Positions 58,740 to 64,000 of a DNA stretch of 64,000 nucleotides are shown here, in pieces; the stretch's first letter is position 1; the number at the start of each line of letters is the position of its first letter. A model generated the notes under the pieces. That model made no database searches. It was given only the letters and a program-made list of their open reading frames with translations, and was not told where the DNA came from. The DNA comes from Patescibacteria group bacterium (GTDB lineage Bacteria; Patescibacteriota; Patescibacteriia; UBA10025; JAHIVO01): contig JAQULM010000001.1 in assembly GCA_028718605.1 (NCBI GenBank), positions 263,422-327,421 of the forward strand, written 5' to 3'. Made by a program: the position numbers and the translations under genes.

Positions 58740-59546
58740 CTAGGCGATACGGTATCGTGCCCCCTGCCGCCGTATGAACCCCTCCGCTCGGAGTTCGGAG
58801 AGCGCCTTTTGGATGCGGATTTTGCCAAACCCTGCCTCTTTCGCCACTGCATCCAGATCGAGCGTGCGCGCACTGAGTGCCCGAATGATCGCTCCGCGGA
58901 CCTGGCGGTTCGACCCCTCGAATTTCGGTTGGCGGGAATAGAACGCGCTCTTCCTCCCGGGGTTTTTGAATTCTTTCTTTACCCATGCCCCGTAATCCAT
59001 GAGCGCTGAATACCAACGCCGCGGGTTTCTGCGGTCAAGCGCGGCGGCAACGAACGGGGCGAGATCCTTATCCGCAACGGCTGCACGGTGCGGAAAAAAA
59101 TGATGGATAAAGGCAGCGCGGATGTTTGTTTCAATAAACACCACGGGCTCATTGTATGCATACACGAGGACAGCATTCGCGGTCGCGTTTCCCAGCCCGG
59201 GCAATCGCACCAACTCCTCTGCTGTCCGAGGCACGCTGCCATGATGCAGACGGACAATCTCGCGGCTCAGTTTCTTGAGCGATAACGCACGCCGATTGTA
59301 CCCCATGCCCTGCCATACCCGTACTATCCGCTTCAAGGGCGCATTCGCGAGCGAACGTATGCTCGGAAACGCATGTATAAATTCTGAATACTTTTTGGCA
59401 ACGCGCGGCACCTGCGTTTGCTGGAGCATCACTTCTGAAACAAGAATATGGTACGGATTCCTGGTTGTACGCCACGGCAAGAACCGGCGGTGCCGCCGGT
59501 AGTACGCATACACAGTCCGCTGAAATCGTTGTACGCTTGCTTCCAT
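58740..59546 (-). CDS. mutY: MutY-like HhH-GPD adenine glycosylase, short form without Fe-S cysteines
   Basis: LPWR, SEVMLQQTQV, WQGMGYNRRA and LPGLG motifs. Confidence 0.88.
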   Translation of the reverse strand: MEASVQRFQRTVYAYYRRHRRFLPWRTTRNPYHILVSEVMLQQTQVPRVAKKYSEFIHAFPSIRSLANAPLKRIVRVWQGMGYNRRALSLKKLSREIVRLHHGSVPRTAEELVRLPGLGNATANAVLVYAYNEPVVFIETNIRAAFIHHFFPHRAAVADKDLAPFVAAALDRRNPRRWYSALMDYGAWVKKEFKNPGRKSAFYSRQPKFEGSNRQVRGAIIRALSARTLDLDAVAKEAGFGKIRIQKALSELRAEGFIRRQGARYRIA

Positions 59547-59547
59547 A

Positions 59548-60057
59548 TTACAGCGCCCGCAACCGCTGGTTGACGAGAATCATGTTATCAGTCCAGGGCT
59601 GCTCCATGTCGAGAATGGTATATTCAAAACCTGCCGTCTCCAGCAGCGCTAAGTATACGCCGGGAAAATCTCGCTTGAGCCGGCGCTCCATCGCAGCTGG
59701 TTCTATCTTTTCAGGCCGCGCAGCGAGGCGCTGCCGCAAGGTATCCACCGACGCCGTGCACAAAAATACAATAATCGAACGCTCTCGCTGCAGCTCTTGC
59801 AGCATTGAAACGTTGAACTGTTCATGGTTCGTCCCGAGTTCTAGAATGACAGATTCATCTTGAAGTTCCCGCACGTGTTTATACATATCGCGGTACCCGT
59901 CGAGCGTCCTGTCTTCTGGAATTTTACCGTCAACCGCGTAGGCGAATACAAACGGTTTCACGTCGACATACGGCACATCCGGAAATGCCTCACGGATGAG
60001 CGTCGTTTTGCCCACTCCTGGTTTCCCCATGAATACGATAAGCCTTTTCTTCTCCAT
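59548..60057 (-). CDS. P-loop nucleotide-kinase-like protein
   Basis: GKPGVGKTT and lid R.RLAAR; start placed at MEKKR. Confidence 0.78.
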   Translation of the reverse strand: MEKKRLIVFMGKPGVGKTTLIREAFPDVPYVDVKPFVFAYAVDGKIPEDRTLDGYRDMYKHVRELQDESVILELGTNHEQFNVSMLQELQRERSIIVFLCTASVDTLRQRLAARPEKIEPAAMERRLKRDFPGVYLALLETAGFEYTILDMEQPWTDNMILVNQRLRAL

Positions 60058-60133
60058 GCATACAGTATATCCTAACATCTCCGCATAACAAAACCTTCCG
60101 CGCGAATCCATGAATGGATGGGCGGAAGGTTCC

Positions 60134-60595
60134 CTAGGTGACTTCGGTCAGGTGGACGTCCGTATCTCCCCGGCAGTACGCCGCATGGAAGCGCCGCGGC
60201 CGGGGCATGCACGCCAGGCACGAGAGCTCGATCTCGATTTCGACGCGGTACCGCATGGTGGCCCCCGGATCGCGTACCATCGTAACGGCACGGGGCTGTG
60301 TTTCGTGGAGTTCTTTCCTGCATACGGGGCAGAAAAACCGCTTGGAATCAGCGTATTCTTGCGGTAGAGAACCGCGCACGAAACCGGCGGTGATAACGAG
60401 CTGCACCAGCTCATCTTCTCCCCGTGTCGAAATGGTAACGGGAAACCGGCACCCGCTGCCTTCCTGCACCACATGGTGCCCGCACGGTACGCACTCCCAG
60501 AGCACAACGTTTGCGAGCGCAAGCCTGCTGACGCTGATCACGAACGCCATCGGACGGAAGCACATAGGGCATAGGAGAGCGTCATTCTCTGCCAT
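60134..60595 (-). CDS. Orphan zinc-ribbon protein with 4 CxxC motifs
   Basis: CPMC, CVPC, CPVC and CLAC; SD GGAGG; promoter TTGCGT-17-TAGGTT. Confidence 0.7.
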   Translation of the reverse strand: MAENDALLCPMCFRPMAFVISVSRLALANVVLWECVPCGHHVVQEGSGCRFPVTISTRGEDELVQLVITAGFVRGSLPQEYADSKRFFCPVCRKELHETQPRAVTMVRDPGATMRYRVEIEIELSCLACMPRPRRFHAAYCRGDTDVHLTEVT

Positions 60596-60676
60596 ATACC
60601 CTCCAAGTACTATGTGAAGAACGCACTGTTATTTTCATACCAACCTACCATAAACAATGCACGTACGCAAGGTCCC

Positions 60677-60705
60677 TTGACAATCCATCGAACGTCTGGT
60701 ACGAT
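60677..60705 (+). promoter_or_regulatory. Sigma70 promoter of the right-hand cassette region
   Basis: TTGACA-17-TACGAT preceded by TGG; same hexamers as the rpsL promoter. Confidence 0.7.
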
Positions 60706-60795
60706 GCAGCACTCATGCTACTTTGAAATCTCAATAGGATTGATTTCCCGGAAATAGGAATTCCCAAACACTTCGTCTCACTAAAGGAGGTTTTT

Positions 60796-61020
60796 ATGAG
60801 ACGGCTCTTGGGAATCCTCATCATGGCTTTTGGCATCTGGTTCGCGGCCAACATCGACCCGGCCCTGCATGCCAAGGAATCGAAAAACAAGTCGTTCCAA
60901 GTCACCAAAGGAGCGCTTGACCCTTCGGAAATCCCGATCGCCACACTCATCATTGAGGGCGTCGGGGTATTCCTGGTTTTTGCGGACGGCACGGTCCGCA
61001 AAATCACGCCCAAGAAATGA
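60796..61020 (+). CDS. Small secreted orphan protein
   Basis: SD AAGGAGG; signal-peptide-like N-terminus. Confidence 0.72.
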   Translation: MRRLLGILIMAFGIWFAANIDPALHAKESKNKSFQVTKGALDPSEIPIATLIIEGVGVFLVFADGTVRKITPKK

Positions 61021-61105
61021 GCGGATGCTCCTCTTGGTAATTCAAACGTTCCGCGGGATCAGCAGCACAAATGCTGGTCCTGCGGGCAGAATGGAGGTTA
61101 ATTGG

Positions 61106-61798
61106 ATGAATGAAACCCGCGCACGCGGTACGATCATTGATGGCATCGCGTCACTGACCGGAAAGCCGGTTCCCGAAGGGTTCCAAGTTATCCTAACCGG
61201 ATATGATCATCTGGACGCCCCGTGCGGAATCATTCCGGGCACGGGGATGCGTCCCGCGCCGTTCAATGGCATTATCGTGCCTGAATGGATCTGGTCTCAG
61301 TCTTCCGTACTGATGCTGTACGCATATACGGGGCTCGAACTCGTGAACTGCTTCTTCATGCAGCAGATCACTCAAGTCGAGCAGGACTTCGCAGCCAAGC
61401 TCGCGACGCTGAGCGCCCAGTTTACTGGCAAGTGGGACACGCCTGAATACCGGCGTGCGGACGAGACGTTGCTTTACGAGCTCCACGTTAAGCACGGCTA
61501 TGAGAACGTCTATCTGTACCGCAAGCTCATCTCGGATCCCGAGGTGTTCGATTGGTTCTCACACAAGCAACAGTGGGATCCAAACGGGATCATCTATGCT
61601 CTATCGTTATTGCGCGACGAAGCACCCCGGCGCAACATCGTTAAGCCGTGGCTGTATTCACGAGAACAGGCACTGCAACTCCGCATCAACCACCTGGTTC
61701 TCCTTCGGGACAACGAGGCCGAGGAAGCCCGCAGCCTCAGAGAACCTATCATCGAGGCTGCCCGCAGAATCGATCCGTCTGTAATCGTACCTGCATGA
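61106..61798 (+). CDS. Orphan protein, possible degenerate M48-like fold
   Basis: SD GGAGG at 61093 places the start at MNETRARG; followed by a terminator. Confidence 0.65.
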   Translation: MNETRARGTIIDGIASLTGKPVPEGFQVILTGYDHLDAPCGIIPGTGMRPAPFNGIIVPEWIWSQSSVLMLYAYTGLELVNCFFMQQITQVEQDFAAKLATLSAQFTGKWDTPEYRRADETLLYELHVKHGYENVYLYRKLISDPEVFDWFSHKQQWDPNGIIYALSLLRDEAPRRNIVKPWLYSREQALQLRINHLVLLRDNEAEEARSLREPIIEAARRIDPSVIVPA

Positions 61799-61805
61799 GT
61801 ACACT

Positions 61806-61881
61806 CCCCACCTTCGCACCAAACACGCGGAGGTGGGGCAGTTTTTTTATATTGACAAAACACGCCCTTCCCTGGTACGGT
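61806..61881 (+). terminator. Terminator directly abutting the next promoter
   Basis: CCCCACCT...AGGTGGGG stem and T7, then TTGACA(61852)-18-TACGGT. Confidence 0.75.
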
Positions 61882-61952
61882 GATTGGCTAGTAAACCAAT
61901 CGAAACAAAGAAACCTTGAAATAAACGACAGCTCTACCGTTAAGGAGGTACC

Positions 61953-63275
61953 ATGAAAAAGCTGTTATTCGGAATCATCCTATTCGCGCTTGGCTGTATG
62001 CTCTGCCCGCGCGCAGCCGCACAGCACCCTGGCAGCCAGCCAAAGGCTGACACGGCTGCTACCCTCACGATCGACGACATCAGGCTCGAACTCGGGCAGG
62101 GACGGCTGCACCGTTATCTGGGCGACGACGACCGCGGTGTCTACTGGGAACGATCGCTCGACCTGTACATCTCGTCCGGCCACCGGACGCTCGCAAGCTT
62201 TTCTCTCACGTCTGAAGACTTCAGCGGTACGGATCTTTCGTTCATGTCGGCAAACGTCCAGACCCGCTCGCTCGGCTTCGCCATCCCCATCCGCACGGTG
62301 ACCGTACGGCTCGTCGACAACAACTGGGTTGACCAAGCCCGGAATAGCAGCGTCGATGCCGGCGGCGCCTACCTCGAGTGGAAGCCCAGACAGTCAACCT
62401 ATCTCGAGGCGGGCGGCGAACTGTTTTACCGGAAGCCTATCGAACTGCTGTACACATTCGGCGTCGAGTGGTTCAAGAAGCCGATGCTCTTCAAGGGGCT
62501 CTCGCTGGGCTTTTCCCACCGCAACGTGCATGAAGACGGCGTAGCCCATGCCAACCAGGACCTGGTCGAAGCGGGCGCGATCATTCCCGTGGGACCAGCC
62601 GAGTTCGGCATTGGCGCGAGTACGCGCACCGATACTGCTGCGTGGAACGATGGTTCCCGCGCGTACATGGTGTCATGTGCCGTACCAGTCCCGTTCAATG
62701 CAGGTGCGTGGCAACCCGGCGGTTACGCATGTTACTTCGAAAAACCGGCAAGCCAACGGGTCATGGTAATGGGCTCATTCGGTGGCGCTGCGTTCAACCC
62801 CAAGACGATCGAAGCGCTGCAGGAATCCGGGTTTCGCAACCTCCTGACCCCGACGCGGATCGTGAACAACCAGATGTTCTACATCAGCGCCCTCAACGAG
62901 CATTCCCAGGAGTTCGGGCGTATCGCCTACTACTTCGTCTGGGTTCGGGCGGACATCACCGAAGACGTGCGCATCGACAGCTACAAGGGCTCCATGTACC
63001 TGACCGCGTGGGATTGGAAGCGCGGCTGCCTGGGCAAGCCGTTTGTCGGCTATACGTACGAATACGAGGACGACGTGACGTTCAACATGCGGCAGCGCCG
63101 CCTCGAATCGGTCGGCCATGCGAACCATGCGCTCGAAGCGGGCATCCGGCTTCGGTTGTTCGATAACGCCGATACGAGCTTCGAACGCGGGTGGGTTCGG
63201 TTCAACGTCGTCGGAATGTTCAGCCATTCGCACATGGAGGGTGTCGGCATACGGGCAACCATGTGGCTGCTCTAG
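61953..63275 (+). CDS. Secreted 440-aa putative outer-membrane beta-barrel protein
   Basis: AAA|Q signal; many alternating aromatic/Gly strands (YLEWKP, YLEAGGE, YTFGVEWF, FGIGAS, FVGYTYEY, EAGIRLRL); SD AAGGAGG. Confidence 0.65.
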   Translation: MKKLLFGIILFALGCMLCPRAAAQHPGSQPKADTAATLTIDDIRLELGQGRLHRYLGDDDRGVYWERSLDLYISSGHRTLASFSLTSEDFSGTDLSFMSANVQTRSLGFAIPIRTVTVRLVDNNWVDQARNSSVDAGGAYLEWKPRQSTYLEAGGELFYRKPIELLYTFGVEWFKKPMLFKGLSLGFSHRNVHEDGVAHANQDLVEAGAIIPVGPAEFGIGASTRTDTAAWNDGSRAYMVSCAVPVPFNAGAWQPGGYACYFEKPASQRVMVMGSFGGAAFNPKTIEALQESGFRNLLTPTRIVNNQMFYISALNEHSQEFGRIAYYFVWVRADITEDVRIDSYKGSMYLTAWDWKRGCLGKPFVGYTYEYEDDVTFNMRQRRLESVGHANHALEAGIRLRLFDNADTSFERGWVRFNVVGMFSHSHMEGVGIRATMWLL

Positions 63276-63294
63276 GCCGCGAATCAAGAAAGCA

Positions 63295-63363
63295 AAAAAC
63301 GGCGGTTCTCTCTGAGGGAAGCGCCGTTTTTCTATTGACACGGGCAGTGATATCGAATAGTGT
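63295..63363 (+). terminator. Terminator directly abutting the next promoter
   Basis: AAAAACGGCG...CGCCGTTTTT, then TTGACA(63335)-17-TAGTGT. Confidence 0.72.
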
Positions 63364-63411
63364 AAAATGAATACCAGTAAAAACAAACCCTCAAACGGAC
63401 GGAGGCAAGGA

Positions 63412-64000
63412 GTGAAACAGCCCTTTATCATGTGCACCCTGTGCGTGTTAGCCGTGATCCTCATTTCAGGATGCCGGAACGACGACACGGCGCAACCCGT
63501 CACGGTGGTCATGATCTTCGAGAACACACCCGGCAACGCGCACCAAGCGGTTGACAGCATGCGTGCCGAACAGGCCTTCCAGGCGCTCTGTGCGAATCTG
63601 GACAGCTTTCCGAACGAGGTCACCTTCCCCATGGGATGGTTCGAGTTCCAGGACTACCGGACGGACTCGACCGCGTGCGCCGTTGAGCAGACAGTAACCG
63701 TCACGATCACGGATGCCGATGCCTTTATCTATGCGTATGGGATCAACGCGTACTGGGCGCCGGGAATTGACTCGCTTTGGCTCGGCGACTATTTCTTGAT
63801 TGGTGATTCGCTCTGTGTGTTCGATTCGCTGCCCCACGCGTACCGTGCGTGGCTTGCGGCCATGGAATACTGCGCCCAGACGGCGCCATCAATCACTGAA
63901 ACAAGGGGGTTCGACTTCATCGTCGGCTTCCTCGACCAGGGAATCGTCATCCCAGAAAACGTCAGCGTGACGATACCGACGTCCTATGGAACGGTGCGCA
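63412..64000 (+). CDS. Putative lipoprotein, truncated by the window edge
   Basis: Not in the ORF track. GTG start after GGAGG; MKQPFIMCTLCVLAVILISG|CRNDDTAQ lipobox; frame stays open to 64000. Confidence 0.75.
   Translation, partial: MKQPFIMCTLCVLAVILISGCRNDDTAQPVTVVMIFENTPGNAHQAVDSMRAEQAFQALCANLDSFPNEVTFPMGWFEFQDYRTDSTACAVEQTVTVTITDADAFIYAYGINAYWAPGIDSLWLGDYFLIGDSLCVFDSLPHAYRAWLAAMEYCAQTAPSITETRGFDFIVGFLDQGIVIPENVSVTIPTSYGTVR

Noticed and set aside
60830-61105. N-terminal part of the 322-aa ORF
   Set aside because: It overlaps the SD-led 60796 gene; the SD at 61093 supports a start at 61106
1-64000. CRISPR array, rRNA, transposase, or stop-codon reassignment
   Set aside because: No spaced repeat array, rRNA or transposase motifs were seen; genes end at TGA normally and core ORFs are full length

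Overview
Mostly core chromosome of a Patescibacteria (CPR)-type bacterium. This assignment is inferred from the missing rpmD between rpsE and rplO, the paralogous VirB2/TrbC-like pilins and the core genes lacking Shine-Dalgarno (SD) motifs; TGA is used as stop. The minus strand carries ABC transporters, two C39-like peptidases, an orphan fabH, gap-fba-tpiA, scpAB, aspS/asnS, a P-type ATPase, the str-S10-spc ribosomal cluster through secY-adk-map, and ispA-uppS. dnaB-ybaB-recR is on the plus strand. Two tRNAs are present (Glu-CTC, Lys-TTT). The most notable observations are: (1) stand-alone promoter-SD-ORF-terminator cassettes encoding diderm-style envelope proteins (an OprO/P-like porin, a second beta-barrel-like protein, a lipoprotein) in a presumed monoderm; (2) a 169-bp structured element that duplicates the tRNA-Lys 3' end; (3) a REP-like hairpin at the rpsG 3' end, with RAFAHFA* encoded twice in different codons; (4) an FtsY-like amphipathic N-terminal extension on uL23; (5) a 28-aa protamine-like peptide, a presenilin-like GxGD protease and a double-kinase Adk fusion. 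All calls come from reading motifs by eye; no database searches or folding programs were run.
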